Of a stretch of DNA of 64,000 nucleotides, positions 18,751 through 28,920 are shown piece after piece (within the stretch, counting starts at the first letter, position 1; every line of letters starts with the position of its first letter). Source of the DNA: a virus; the IMG/VR virus record IMGVR_UViG_3300025120_000037, positions 4,127 to 68,126 of that record; one strand, given 5' to 3'. The translations under genes and the position numbers were made by a program. The notes below the pieces were generated by a model. That model was not told the DNA's origin. It did not search any database and worked only from the letters and a program-made list of their open reading frames with translations.

Positions 18751-19728
18751 CTAACGAGCTTGAGCAGCTGCACCAATTCGCATACCAGCTGATTGTGCTT
18801 GCGAACGTGCCTGAGCAAAACTAATTCCTCTAGCGGCAGCCATTCGCTCAAGTCCTGCTGCACCAATAGCTGCGCCACCACTGTTGTAACTAGGCTTCTG
18901 GTAAACCTGAGAGATAGCCTGAGCGGCTGGGGTGTAACTAGGAGCTGCAGGAGCTGGAGCTGCAGGAGTTGGAGCAGCTGCGGCTTGTCCTTGATAAATC
19001 ATCCCTTGACCTACTCCTAGATCTGCGGCTGCTGCCGCACCAAACTTCATACCCTGTTGCTTAGCCAGAGATCTAATTGCTTCGTCAGCTAAACCACGAT
19101 CACGAAGTCTTTGAACCGCAGCCGCACCTAGTGCTCCTGCAGTTGAATCGCCTCCACTGGCGCTTGTAGTTTCAGTATTAATACCAAGCGAACGTGCAGC
19201 TTGTTCGCCAAACCTGACACCTTCTTTTTGTCCCAATGCACGAATTTTTTCATCGGAATATCCATATTCCTGAGCTCTGCCAATCCCCGCTGCTCCTATG
19301 CCACCGCCAGCGTTTGATCCCATAAAGGAACGTAAGGTACGATCAAGGTCTTTCTTCGGCAGCATCATCGGAGGTAGAGGTGCTTGAGTACCACCACCAC
19401 CACCAGTTCCTCTTACTGCATCAGCTAGGTTGATATTAATATCACCTATAGAAGAAGAAGAAGACCGTGGACCAAGGGTGAATTCAGCAGTACGCGATGG
19501 CTGATAAGGTGCTTTGTAAGTAGCAGTAGTCGGACTACGACCTTTAAGGTTCGCAGTCATTTTAAACGTAGGAGCAAAGCCTTCAAAACCTTCAGTAGTT
19601 TCTCCTTCTTCATCGAAAAGACCAGCCAAATCTAGTCCGAAAATGTTGCCCGCTTTTCTCATAGTGCGGCCAAATTTTTCTGGTATTCCTTTTTCCTCGT
19701 TGCTCGTAGTAATTGTCGAAGAAGTCAT
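18751..19728 (-). CDS. Gly/Ala-rich protein with three ~45-aa repeats
   Basis: GxAxxxRxxxxGxxxxxIRxxxxxxGx(R/K)FGxxA repeated three times. Confidence 0.75.
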   Translation of the reverse strand: MTSSTITTSNEEKGIPEKFGRTMRKAGNIFGLDLAGLFDEEGETTEGFEGFAPTFKMTANLKGRSPTTATYKAPYQPSRTAEFTLGPRSSSSSIGDININLADAVRGTGGGGGTQAPLPPMMLPKKDLDRTLRSFMGSNAGGGIGAAGIGRAQEYGYSDEKIRALGQKEGVRFGEQAARSLGINTETTSASGGDSTAGALGAAAVQRLRDRGLADEAIRSLAKQQGMKFGAAAAADLGVGQGMIYQGQAAAAPTPAAPAPAAPSYTPAAQAISQVYQKPSYNSGGAAIGAAGLERMAAARGISFAQARSQAQSAGMRIGAAAQAR

Positions 19729-19789
19729 AACGGCTAACTCTGTTGAGTAATCTCGTACTCTGAGTTTAATTGATTTTTTCTATCTTACT

Positions 19790-20062
19790 TTATTCGAAAG
19801 TTTTAAAACCTGAGAACAAGGGTGCTGCTTCTTGAGTTTTTGACCCAGCTTCAAATGTCTTATACCCAGTAAAAGGTGTCACTGCTTGACGTCCTCTAAA
19901 GGAACGAGCTCCTGCAGTATCTTTAACCGCCTCTTCTTCCTTATTGCTCCTTTTCTTTGCTTTACGTAATTCAGGGAAGTAATCAAGTAAGAGAGACCCT
20001 TGATCTGTCTCGGGGCCGGTTAGTGCAGCCCCGAAGAAGTCACCAGCGAAACGAGTGGCCAT
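19790..20062 (-). CDS. Hypothetical protein (likely start MATRFAG)
   Basis: ORF 19790-20098; internal ATG preferred. Confidence 0.6.
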   Translation of the reverse strand: MATRFAGDFFGAALTGPETDQGSLLLDYFPELRKAKKRSNKEEEAVKDTAGARSFRGRQAVTPFTGYKTFEAGSKTQEAAPLFSGFKTFE

Positions 20063-20087
20063 CTTATAGATCGTTTTTTTTAGTTTA

Positions 20088-20918
20088 CTAGTTTTCAACC
20101 CAAAATCTTGCTAAGCCAAAACCTGGACCTACAGTCCCTTTGAGAACTCTCATTCTTCTTTTCGCTTCCTCGTGGTCATAAAAAAACTGTGCCTTGTCTC
20201 GTTCGCTAGTGAATACCACTAACTTCTTAGTTTCTTTATTCAACGAGTCTTTTACGTACTCACCCTGCTTGGTAATAACCCACACCTCCTGGAATGATAA
20301 AAGAGGCATGGTGAGAGTTTCTTCGAATGTACACAGCTTTGATTTGTACATTAGTCGTGATTTGCTTCTAGTGACTACATTTTTATTTGTTTTTTTTGTT
20401 TCGGTATTAAAAAGTTTACTATCTAACTTTTCGGTTCTAGCAATCGATAGCGTCGCACGAAGCTTACGGGCTCCGTTAGCAGCAGCTAAAGGTGTGGAAA
20501 ATTCCTCTCTGCCTACGTAAAAACCTTTCATGAAGTTTACGCAGCCAAAGTAACTACCGTTTGTCTTTACCGTAAAAACTTCTTTCTCAGGAACTTTGTC
20601 TATATTTAGAATCTCAAAGCTGAAGGACTCTTTAGGTTTTGACTTACTTTCGCTTGTAATAAATTTTTTATTACTTATCTCAGTAAATTTTAATCTGTTC
20701 TGATCTAATTCTTGAGTTTTATCAGTTCTATGCCACTCCACGGTTACACAATGTCTTCTACGTCCGGCAGCGTTCTTACGAACGTAAGTACGGACCACAG
20801 TTCCTTCAGAGAGAGTGTCGTGCTTAGCAGAGTTAACAAGCCCTTTAGGTACGAAAAGCTGAACAGTGTCGCCCTTTTTAAACTTAGGGCTAGAGAATCG
20901 ATCGTTTTTAATAACCAT
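20088..20918 (-). CDS. Hypothetical protein with SH3/KOW-like N-terminus
   Basis: FKKGDTV...GTVV...VTVEW. Confidence 0.65.
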   Translation of the reverse strand: MVIKNDRFSSPKFKKGDTVQLFVPKGLVNSAKHDTLSEGTVVRTYVRKNAAGRRRHCVTVEWHRTDKTQELDQNRLKFTEISNKKFITSESKSKPKESFSFEILNIDKVPEKEVFTVKTNGSYFGCVNFMKGFYVGREEFSTPLAAANGARKLRATLSIARTEKLDSKLFNTETKKTNKNVVTRSKSRLMYKSKLCTFEETLTMPLLSFQEVWVITKQGEYVKDSLNKETKKLVVFTSERDKAQFFYDHEEAKRRMRVLKGTVGPGFGLARFWVEN

Positions 20919-21214
20919 TAGTCGTGAGATTCTAAAGAAGGGTAGAGCATTAAACGCATCTGGTGGTGCTCGCTAGTGACACCGCACAAATCCCATAAGA
21001 CAGTTACATAGTGCTGTCTAGCACCTACCTTCGACAGTTTGACACTTGTGTCAACCACTGTTCCGATTCTCGTGGTGTTGTGAACAGCAGAGACTCTGTC
21101 TAAAAGTTCCTGATCTGGAAAGTCTCTTACAAATACGAGTCGCCCACTTTCTTTAACCTTTACTCTGTCACCTTTACTGAATCTGCACTGACTCTTCGGC
21201 CTTCTATTTTTCAT
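20918..21214 (-). CDS. SH3/KOW-like small protein, paralog of the neighbouring N-terminus
   Basis: FSKGDRV...GTVV...VTVLW. Confidence 0.65.
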   Translation of the reverse strand: MKNRRPKSQCRFSKGDRVKVKESGRLVFVRDFPDQELLDRVSAVHNTTRIGTVVDTSVKLSKVGARQHYVTVLWDLCGVTSEHHQMRLMLYPSLESHD

Positions 21215-23103
21215 TTATCAGACCAATCCCCACCATGGGAAGCGTCAGCCTTAGAGGGCACAACCTTTAATATTGTCTCTGCTGCTTCTTGCATACAGGT
21301 TTCTAGGATATTTATGTATTCATTTACTTTCGATTTAGGGACTTCAATCACAATTTCGTCATGAACGCAAGCAACTAAGTGGATGTCACCTTTAATAAAA
21401 GGATTAAGTTTTGCAAGAGAAAGTTTCAAGACGTCAGCTCCTGCGCCTTGGATAAGAGTATTGGCGCATGCTGTCATTGTCGCGTCGTTATACGACAGAA
21501 GTCGACGGCGCCCAGTGGGAGTCCTTACATATGTCCAACCATCCTCGACCATTGCTGATCTTTCCCGATGCCATTGCCTAAGACGTGGGTATGCATTGTG
21601 GAATGCTTGATGTGAGACTTTCGCTTCTGAAAGAGAAATAAGTTTTCCTGACTGAGCTGCGTAAGTTTTGTATTTTCTGTAACCCATGCCATAGAGAAGG
21701 GCAAAGTTTAATGTCTTGCCCTCTTGCCGTTGAGACTTTTTTACTTCGTTCAAAGGCACTTTATAAATCAAACTTGCTGTAACCGTATGAAGATCGTACC
21801 CGTCTTTAAAAGCCTGAATCATTTGAGGAATATTGATCAGCTCAGCTCCAAGGCGAAGTTCAATCTGACTAAAGTCACAGATAATTAACTCATATCCTTC
21901 TGTGGCTATAAAACACTCTCTAAATTGAGAATTCCTTGGTATTTGCTGAGCGTTAACAGCAAATGTGTCCTTAATTTTTTTGGCACTTACTTTCTTTGCG
22001 CCAGACGATGTAAACCGTCCAGAGTTTGCGCCGTATTGGTTATAACCCGAGTGAATGCGATTAGTTATCGGGTTAACGTTTGCCAAAAGTTTTTCAGCGT
22101 GTTGAAGACGTGTCTCAACTTTGGTGCGACGCCTGTATAAGTTAAGGTGCGCGTCCTCCGAGTCAAACTCGGATAACTGGATCTGATTAAGAGTCGGCTT
22201 TCCTGTTGTTGGAGAAGATGGTAGTTCCACTCCCAGGCTGCTGAAGCTTTTGATGCATTGTATGCCTGAGCTTGGGTTGAACTGTTTAGGTTTCTTCCCA
22301 ATCGATAATGATCCATCTGGGTTCCTGGGTAGTTTCGAATCGGATGGTAGAGCTTTGTCTAGCTCCATGCAAAATTCTAGAGTTATTTCTTCTAACTCAC
22401 ACCGGATAGATTCGCGTAGTGCTAGCAGCTTACTAATATCTACATTGAAACCCCTATAGCACATGAGTGCTACTGGTCTGACACACTTCGACTCCAAAGA
22501 ATATACCTCTAGGAGTGCCTCTTCTGCCAGTTCTCGCAACTGATCTGATGCAATTGACGGAAGGATGTCAACGTCTTTTGCTGCGTACTCAACCTGCTCA
22601 ATATCAAGCTCAGGCTGACTCCAGTCACTTACCTGTTGGTCTTTAGAAATCTCAACACCTAATCTTCGGCTAACAACCGCTTTAAGAGCGCAAGACACAT
22701 CGTCGAAGTAAGTCTCGTGAGTCTTTGGAGAAGTTTTTTTATCTTTAAAACCTGCTCGTAGACATCGTTCAGCGACATAGGTATCAAAGATTTTATTTTT
22801 AAAATCAATGCCTAAAGCGTAAAGAAACCTGAGATCGAAGTTTAAGTTGTGACCAACCAAGAGTGTTCTGCTTTCGATCAGCTCTTTTAAACCTGTAATA
22901 TCTTGAATTTTAAATAAATCCAGGACGTATACGCAGCGGTCTTCGACCTTTTCATCTGTTGTACAAAGCTGTAGAAGCCTCGGCTTAGCGATGTGAGGGT
23001 CCAACCCCGTGGTTTCAAAGTCCAAGCAAAGTTTCGGAAGCTTCTCAAGGTCTGTGAGGCCCTGTTTAAATTCTGATTCCGTGGTTACGTATTTGATGTG
23101 CAT
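21211..23103 (-). CDS. polA: DNA polymerase family A with 3'-5' exonuclease
   Basis: DFETTG, GHNLNFD, YAAKD; DFSQIELR, RQEGKTLNFALLYG (Phe at the 762-equivalent site), IQGAGAD, VHDE. Confidence 0.95.
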   Translation of the reverse strand: MHIKYVTTESEFKQGLTDLEKLPKLCLDFETTGLDPHIAKPRLLQLCTTDEKVEDRCVYVLDLFKIQDITGLKELIESRTLLVGHNLNFDLRFLYALGIDFKNKIFDTYVAERCLRAGFKDKKTSPKTHETYFDDVSCALKAVVSRRLGVEISKDQQVSDWSQPELDIEQVEYAAKDVDILPSIASDQLRELAEEALLEVYSLESKCVRPVALMCYRGFNVDISKLLALRESIRCELEEITLEFCMELDKALPSDSKLPRNPDGSLSIGKKPKQFNPSSGIQCIKSFSSLGVELPSSPTTGKPTLNQIQLSEFDSEDAHLNLYRRRTKVETRLQHAEKLLANVNPITNRIHSGYNQYGANSGRFTSSGAKKVSAKKIKDTFAVNAQQIPRNSQFRECFIATEGYELIICDFSQIELRLGAELINIPQMIQAFKDGYDLHTVTASLIYKVPLNEVKKSQRQEGKTLNFALLYGMGYRKYKTYAAQSGKLISLSEAKVSHQAFHNAYPRLRQWHRERSAMVEDGWTYVRTPTGRRRLLSYNDATMTACANTLIQGAGADVLKLSLAKLNPFIKGDIHLVACVHDEIVIEVPKSKVNEYINILETCMQEAAETILKVVPSKADASHGGDWSDK

Positions 23104-23130
23104 AAAAAAATAAGGCGTCCTAAGACGCCT
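23104..23130 (-). terminator. Terminator-like hairpin abutting the polA start
   Basis: Minus strand AGGCGTC-TTAG-GACGCCT-TATTTTTTT-ATG. Confidence 0.6.
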
Positions 23131-23154
23131 CAAGAATAACTGCGTTGTGTGAGA

Positions 23155-23976
23155 TCAGGCGACAGTTGACATAGTCCGCTTCATACTTTTGCGAACTCGC
23201 TGAGACCACTTGTGACTGATATATGTGTCAAGGTCATTCCAGATGTCTGCAACCTCTTCTCCTTTAGAGCGGAGTTCAATCTGGTAAACAAAACGTCGAA
23301 GTTGGCTAGAAGCACCTCGTAGGTTCTTGTCAACACTGCCAATCTCCTCGGTGTGATGGAGCTCAAGCAGGTCCCAATCACGAAGAAGCGCACAACCGTC
23401 ACGAAGTGATGTGTAGATAGGAGAAGCGTGGTAACAGACTGTCCGATCATTACCGGGCTCCTTCACAATAGGGCGGTAGTGACCTTCAGAATCTTGAGCA
23501 AAGCCCCTAAAGATATCTGAATCTGCAGAAACTTCTCCCTTGTAAGCTAATTGGTTTACAAGCTGTGTCGCAATCTGACGGAGAGTCTTCTTTTTCTTGC
23601 CTTTAAGCATCAGCAAGATCATGCCAGCTCCTAAAGACTTGAGATTTTCTGATGCACACAGTTTTTCAATCGCTTCCTCAGCGTTACGGATAGGGTGAGT
23701 TGGTTTGGTCGCAGAGATACGGACCATCTGTGCTCTGGCCTTACGCTGCTTGGGAGCTCTAACTCCTTCAATGGCGAACTTAGCGGCTAGGTTTGCTAAC
23801 TGAGGGTTCTTAGTCTTGACGCTTATTGAAAATAACTTTGTAGCGTCCATCAAGGATGGATCGATGTGGTTAGCGACGTCAATACAGATAGAAGGAAGGT
23901 CGCCACATGCTTGAAATAGCGCTTTAGCTTCCCCGGTAGTCAGTTCAGCGTCGCCGATTTTGAATGTAAAATCCAT
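23155..23976 (-). CDS. Hypothetical protein
   Basis: 273-aa ORF with its own promoter. Confidence 0.75.
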   Translation of the reverse strand: MDFTFKIGDAELTTGEAKALFQACGDLPSICIDVANHIDPSLMDATKLFSISVKTKNPQLANLAAKFAIEGVRAPKQRKARAQMVRISATKPTHPIRNAEEAIEKLCASENLKSLGAGMILLMLKGKKKKTLRQIATQLVNQLAYKGEVSADSDIFRGFAQDSEGHYRPIVKEPGNDRTVCYHASPIYTSLRDGCALLRDWDLLELHHTEEIGSVDKNLRGASSQLRRFVYQIELRSKGEEVADIWNDLDTYISHKWSQRVRKSMKRTMSTVA

Positions 23977-23998
23977 TTGAATTGGTTGGTTCTGGCAA

Positions 23999-24026
23999 AT
24001 ACTAGCCAGTTATTTGCTGGCGTCAA
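23999..24026 (-). promoter_or_regulatory. Sigma70-like promoter
   Basis: TTGACG-N16-TAGTAT, 22 nt before ATG 23976. Confidence 0.55.
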
Positions 24027-24054
24027 TGCATTTCAATCACTTTTAAGGTGTCTT

Positions 24055-24474
24055 TTAAAGCATGTCTTTCAACAAGGCACCTGTCACAAGGCCGATGTTT
24101 GAATCAAAGTTGTAAAACTCTTCAGTTATCTGCATCGACATTAGTTCAAAGTCTGCTTCTTGAAGGTCTAGTACTCCCCTAGCGCACTGAAGTGATGCAG
24201 TGCCATACATGGTGTTTAGTAACATGTTCACAGATAGCGTAAACTCAGTGATAGAGTCGCCTAAAGGTCTGACAATATTAAAAATTCCTTTTGAAGGTAA
24301 GTACTTGATTACTGATTCATTGAACTTAAACGAGGTGCATTTTGGATCGTCTTGATCTGTGTACGTGTCGTATAAACACGTAGATACCCAGTCTTCCAAT
24401 TCATAACGCATTGTTTGCGGTGCATACTCCTGTAGCAATTTTTTGATAAGTTGGATGTCTTCTTGGCTAATCAT
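24055..24474 (-). CDS. Hypothetical protein
   Basis: 139-aa ORF. Confidence 0.65.
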   Translation of the reverse strand: MISQEDIQLIKKLLQEYAPQTMRYELEDWVSTCLYDTYTDQDDPKCTSFKFNESVIKYLPSKGIFNIVRPLGDSITEFTLSVNMLLNTMYGTASLQCARGVLDLQEADFELMSMQITEEFYNFDSNIGLVTGALLKDML

Positions 24475-24514
24475 GTCTCTAGTCTCAACAGATAGACGCT
24501 AACTCTATTTTTTC

Positions 24515-26053
24515 TCAACGTAAAGACTCTTGAAACAATTTTGCGTTTGAGGCTTCGCAGTTGACGTCAACATCGCGTACATAGTCACAAAACCTGTGAC
24601 ACCAGTGATCTTCCACACCTATTACAAAAGCTGTCCATTGAATCCCTTTAGTAGCTTTGAACTCTTTAATCCGTTTTAAATATGCTTCGGAAACTTGAGA
24701 TTGACCGTCTGTAATCATCAATACATCCGCCTTTTCCCTAATAACCGCTTTATCCACCGCGTGGTCGATCACAGCTCCAAAACTAGTTCCACCTTGGGTA
24801 ACCCAGGACATAATGAAATCCAGTAATTCATTATTATCTTTTCCACCTGGTTGGAGAGTGATGCTTTTCTGGATACAAGTATCAAAAAGATGAATTTGTA
24901 CTTCTCTCTTTTGCTGTAAGCAATCTTCTGCGACAACCATAGAAATAGCTTTTGACCATGTCTCTGCTAGTCCCATCATTGATCCGCTTATGTCTACGTA
25001 TAGAACTACAGGACCTTTGCATAAGTTTTTGGTTTTAGCCTCGTAGTCTTTAGTAAGAATTGTTTTTTGAGCATACTTGAGAGCAAATAACGCTCTACCT
25101 GCTTCTGTGCCAGCGAGAGCGAGCTCCGTGGGGAATGCTTTGACTACTTCATTAGAGAATTTCGCACCGACAATATCGGAGTAATTACTTCTCGCTGCAA
25201 CAGCCTTCTTTCTTTCTCTCCAAGCTGTCCTAAGTGCTCCAAGTTTTTTAATGAGTTGTTTGAGATTTTTGTTTTGTTTAAGTTTTTTTGAAAGTTTTTT
25301 CTTTTCGTTTATGTCATTTAAATGGGTACCTACTCCCGCGTGGCAGCCTGCAAGTTGTTTAAAGGCTTCCTTTAAATCCTTGCTTTCTTCTTTGGCTTTG
25401 TCCACGCTGCGTTGAATTTCAGGTTTTAACTGTTCGACAGCTTTTTTAGACAGTGATTCGGTTTGTTTTACAAGATCCTTACCTTTAATTCTTTTTTCAG
25501 CGGCAAGTTTTAAATCTCCTCTCTTCTTTGCTTCAGTAAATTCGTTTCTAATTATTTCAAGTTCCTCTTGAACTTTACCTAAATCATTAGGCAGCTCACC
25601 GTCTGTAATTTGTTTATGTATAAGCTCGCTTAAATCGTTGAGAATATTCATTGCGTTATTACCAGAAAGAAACTGATCACCTATTGAGTATTTAATAAGC
25701 TCATTCCACGCAGCACTGTTGCAGATCTCGGAAAAAAGGTTCAACCAAAATGCGTTTTCTGGTTTGTACCCTTCGGGATAATCTGGCTCCTCTTCGTCCT
25801 GCTTAGCTTGAAAATATTGTTCAGCGTCATCAAGACTGACCAACGTAGTTACCTCTCCTCCGTTATAGATGTAATCAAAAAGTTCTTTTCCAAAACGAGA
25901 TAGTTGTTTTAAATCATAAAGTTCTTCGATGTATTTAATTTGAGGCATAGAGTCTCTTACAAAGTCATCCCAGAGAAAACTGCCAAGTGCAGAAACATTT
26001 ATAACGAGTGGATCTGCATCTGCAAGCCTAAGAAAATCGTTTTTTGTATTCAT
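24515..26053 (-). CDS. vWA-domain protein (ViaA-like)
   Basis: KGPVVLYVDISGSM (MIDAS DxSxS), GGTSF, ADVLMITDG. Confidence 0.9.
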   Translation of the reverse strand: MNTKNDFLRLADADPLVINVSALGSFLWDDFVRDSMPQIKYIEELYDLKQLSRFGKELFDYIYNGGEVTTLVSLDDAEQYFQAKQDEEEPDYPEGYKPENAFWLNLFSEICNSAAWNELIKYSIGDQFLSGNNAMNILNDLSELIHKQITDGELPNDLGKVQEELEIIRNEFTEAKKRGDLKLAAEKRIKGKDLVKQTESLSKKAVEQLKPEIQRSVDKAKEESKDLKEAFKQLAGCHAGVGTHLNDINEKKKLSKKLKQNKNLKQLIKKLGALRTAWRERKKAVAARSNYSDIVGAKFSNEVVKAFPTELALAGTEAGRALFALKYAQKTILTKDYEAKTKNLCKGPVVLYVDISGSMMGLAETWSKAISMVVAEDCLQQKREVQIHLFDTCIQKSITLQPGGKDNNELLDFIMSWVTQGGTSFGAVIDHAVDKAVIREKADVLMITDGQSQVSEAYLKRIKEFKATKGIQWTAFVIGVEDHWCHRFCDYVRDVDVNCEASNAKLFQESLR

Positions 26054-27225
26054 GATTCAACCTCAGAGATTGATTTTATAACTGCTGTCATAGATGTGTT
26101 TACCTCTCTAGCTAGTCTCATTGCTGACTTACGGTCTTCCATAGTCAGTCGATCTGAAAGAATCCTGTCTAACCTCTCTTCGCATATGGCTAAGTCTTTG
26201 TGCATTTTTCTAAGTTGTATAACAAATTTATTTAACTCAGTGACAGTCTTTGCTTCCCCTCTATGAAAAGAGTGGAACTCTGCAAGCACTCCGCTGTGAA
26301 TACGTTTTAGATCTGTAATAAGTTTGCTGTTTGTAGGAACGACTTGTTCTAGAACTTCTTTAACTACGTTTATGTCGTCTGTATTTTTATAAACAATATG
26401 TTTGAGTGAACGATGAAGATGTTCTGGATATACCTGATCCTCACCTTGAACAACTGCCCATCCTTTCATAAATTTAAGAATCTGAACCCGACGTCGATCA
26501 GAAACAGAGATTCCTCGATTATTAAGCATGTCCATAATTTGCCCAAATTTATCTAAAAACTCTTCACTTACAGTTATATTTTCAAGGTATTTTTGAAGCG
26601 CTAAGAGATCTTTAAATACTAAATTTGATTCAACTGTTGGTCGCTCTTGAGCATTAACTGCCCATGTGTCTAATCGGCGCTTAGAGGTAGGTTTCTTAAG
26701 AAGCTCAACCGTGGGCCGAAAGAGAAACCTGTCGCAAAATGCGGCTAAAGACTCTTCAGTAGGGAAAGAGTTAGTCGCGGCTACAACAGATTGAATTGGT
26801 GTTGTTAGTACCTCTCTACCGTTATTAAATGTCCTCTCATTTAGGATTGTTAACAAACTGTTAAGCACAGCACTGCTCCCTCTAAACAGCTCATCGAGGA
26901 ATGCAATATTACTCGACGGAAGATAGCCTTCGGTATCTCTGGTGTACTCATCTTTAAGCAATTTGCTTACTGCAACAGGACCAAACAGCTCTGATGGATC
27001 TGCAGTTGGGGAAAGAAGATAACCGAAATAAATACTGCCTTTAAATCCTTTAGAAATTTCTTTTACAAGTTCGCTTTTACCTGTACCCGGTACCCCAAAC
27101 AAGAATGTATTTTGTTGTGTAATAAGAGAAGCAAGCACTCCGTCAATTACATCTTCACGTTCAAGAAACCTTGAGTTAAGTGAAGCTCGAAAGTTTTGTA
27201 GGTTTGTAAAAAGAGTGTCGTTCAT
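26050..27225 (-). CDS. MoxR-family AAA+ ATPase (RavA-like)
   Basis: GVPGTGKS, PSELFGP, FLDELFR, LNSLL.ILNER.F, ATN, DRF, SDRR. Confidence 0.9.
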   Translation of the reverse strand: MNDTLFTNLQNFRASLNSRFLEREDVIDGVLASLITQQNTFLFGVPGTGKSELVKEISKGFKGSIYFGYLLSPTADPSELFGPVAVSKLLKDEYTRDTEGYLPSSNIAFLDELFRGSSAVLNSLLTILNERTFNNGREVLTTPIQSVVAATNSFPTEESLAAFCDRFLFRPTVELLKKPTSKRRLDTWAVNAQERPTVESNLVFKDLLALQKYLENITVSEEFLDKFGQIMDMLNNRGISVSDRRRVQILKFMKGWAVVQGEDQVYPEHLHRSLKHIVYKNTDDINVVKEVLEQVVPTNSKLITDLKRIHSGVLAEFHSFHRGEAKTVTELNKFVIQLRKMHKDLAICEERLDRILSDRLTMEDRKSAMRLAREVNTSMTAVIKSISEVES

Positions 27226-28445
27226 TAGAAATCGGGGTTGTCAATGTTTTTGATTTCATCCAAAGCTTTGGCAATAGATCCACTTTGGATAGAGATTAAT
27301 TCAGTTCTTTGATCAAATAGCTTTTGAAGGTGCTTCGCCCGTTGATGGTAAACCGAGGTTTCAATCCTAAGCTCTTCCTCAATAGAGAAAAGTTCTTCTT
27401 CACTCTCTGCCACAGAGATCCGACTAACCAAATCCCTGTAAGTACCCGAGAGGCTTAAAGATTTTTTGACTGCTTCAAGACCATCAGTTGAGTCTCGTCT
27501 TGAGATAATTTGTTTGAGTTCCTCTCTGATCTCGACCTTTGTTGTAGAGAAACATTTCATTGCTTCTACTTGAGCCAGACCTTGAGTTATTTGTAACTCA
27601 ACTCCTTGTTCGATGAGTTTTCGACATAGGAGTGACAGTTCGTCAAAACCAGGACAGTGTTTGGTGATAAGCTCCAGTTTCTCGGCAATAAGTTCCCAGG
27701 ACCCCCTTCGTTTAGAAGTTCCTGTTTGCCTTTCTTTCACACGGTTTGACGCTCTGGTGTCTAGATCATCGAGAAGTTCAGCAGCTTTTTCAAGTGCTCG
27801 ATCTGCAGCTGAATGTTGAGCTGCTTCAAGTACTTCAGAAGTGTTGGCAATGCCCACATGATCTATTTCTAAGAATCCGTGCTCCTCTTTTGAGCTAGAC
27901 ACTTCCATACGGATTGGGTTAGGCCCCACCACAAACACCTCAATTGGGTTGGAGAACTCCTCCTTAGTAGGGAACATGCTCAAATAAGCATCCGTGGCGA
28001 TCTGCTTACCTTCGGGATCGTTTACAAAGATCGGTTCAACAAAGTTTCTAACCATTGTCACCCAACTTTGATACTCCTCAAACCACAAATCCGCAAGCTC
28101 AGCGTTTGATTGTTCGGCCATCACACGGATCTTCATTATTTGATCATTGGCTTTATCAAAGCAAGATTCGTGTAAGAAGTGAATGTCTCCATTGCTGATA
28201 GTACATTCGTCATACAACTTTCTTTGTTCAGTCCTAATCCTGCTTAAGTGTTCTTTAAGTTTCCCTGAAAGATTAGATCTAACAGGAATTGACTGTTGGT
28301 TAGCTAAGGCTTCAATAACTTGCTCAGGTAAACCAAGATCATTGAATTCAATCTTAGTAGTCTGACGCACAGAAGCAGCCACAGTGCAGTGGAGAAGAAA
28401 GATACGGTCCATAACTAAAATAATGTTTGGGTCACTGTCCGTCAC
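27225..28445 (-). CDS. DUF3150-like protein
   Basis: N-terminal pattern and position next to the AAA+/vWA pair recall DUF3150. Confidence 0.5.
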   Translation of the reverse strand: MTDSDPNIILVMDRIFLLHCTVAASVRQTTKIEFNDLGLPEQVIEALANQQSIPVRSNLSGKLKEHLSRIRTEQRKLYDECTISNGDIHFLHESCFDKANDQIMKIRVMAEQSNAELADLWFEEYQSWVTMVRNFVEPIFVNDPEGKQIATDAYLSMFPTKEEFSNPIEVFVVGPNPIRMEVSSSKEEHGFLEIDHVGIANTSEVLEAAQHSAADRALEKAAELLDDLDTRASNRVKERQTGTSKRRGSWELIAEKLELITKHCPGFDELSLLCRKLIEQGVELQITQGLAQVEAMKCFSTTKVEIREELKQIISRRDSTDGLEAVKKSLSLSGTYRDLVSRISVAESEEELFSIEEELRIETSVYHQRAKHLQKLFDQRTELISIQSGSIAKALDEIKNIDNPDF

Positions 28446-28867
28446 TTCAGACGTCGAAAGATTGCAGAAACTTTGTCGGTCAGCATATCGATCTGGCCTT
28501 TGATCATTAACTGTTCGATCAAAGCTTTACGCTCTGCTTTCTTGAGTTTCAGTTTCTTCTCAAGTTCAACTATCTGGCCGTCTAATTTATCGATCTTGTT
28601 ATGAGGTGTGGGAACTCGATCGATCCTGACCACGATGTTTGTGGAGAAGTCGGGAAATTTAAAAAGTGATTGATCACCTTGGAAGACAGTTAGATCAAAG
28701 TCAGATGCGTCAGCTTTAACCAGCATGTCAGTTAAGTTTTTACGAGCGCATTCGTAGTCAAGACCGAAGCCCTCGTTTAGTTCTTTTAATGCTGTGTCGC
28801 AAGCGTCGTAACGCTCTGCTGCAACTTCTGCTTGGTCGACCAATGCTCTGGTGCTAGGTTTTGGCAT
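28442..28867 (-). CDS. Hypothetical coiled-coil protein, first gene of the operon
   Basis: 141-aa ORF overlapping the next gene. Confidence 0.7.
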   Translation of the reverse strand: MPKPSTRALVDQAEVAAERYDACDTALKELNEGFGLDYECARKNLTDMLVKADASDFDLTVFQGDQSLFKFPDFSTNIVVRIDRVPTPHNKIDKLDGQIVELEKKLKLKKAERKALIEQLMIKGQIDMLTDKVSAIFRRLK

Positions 28868-28920
28868 GTGATTGATATGTAATTTAGTGCGCCACGTTTA
28901 GGTCGGTGCCACCTGTGAGA

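Noticed and set aside
21211-23103. Intein or intron in polA (also checked in terL and primase)
   Set aside because: Motifs are contiguous at normal spacing and no splice-junction motifs were seen.
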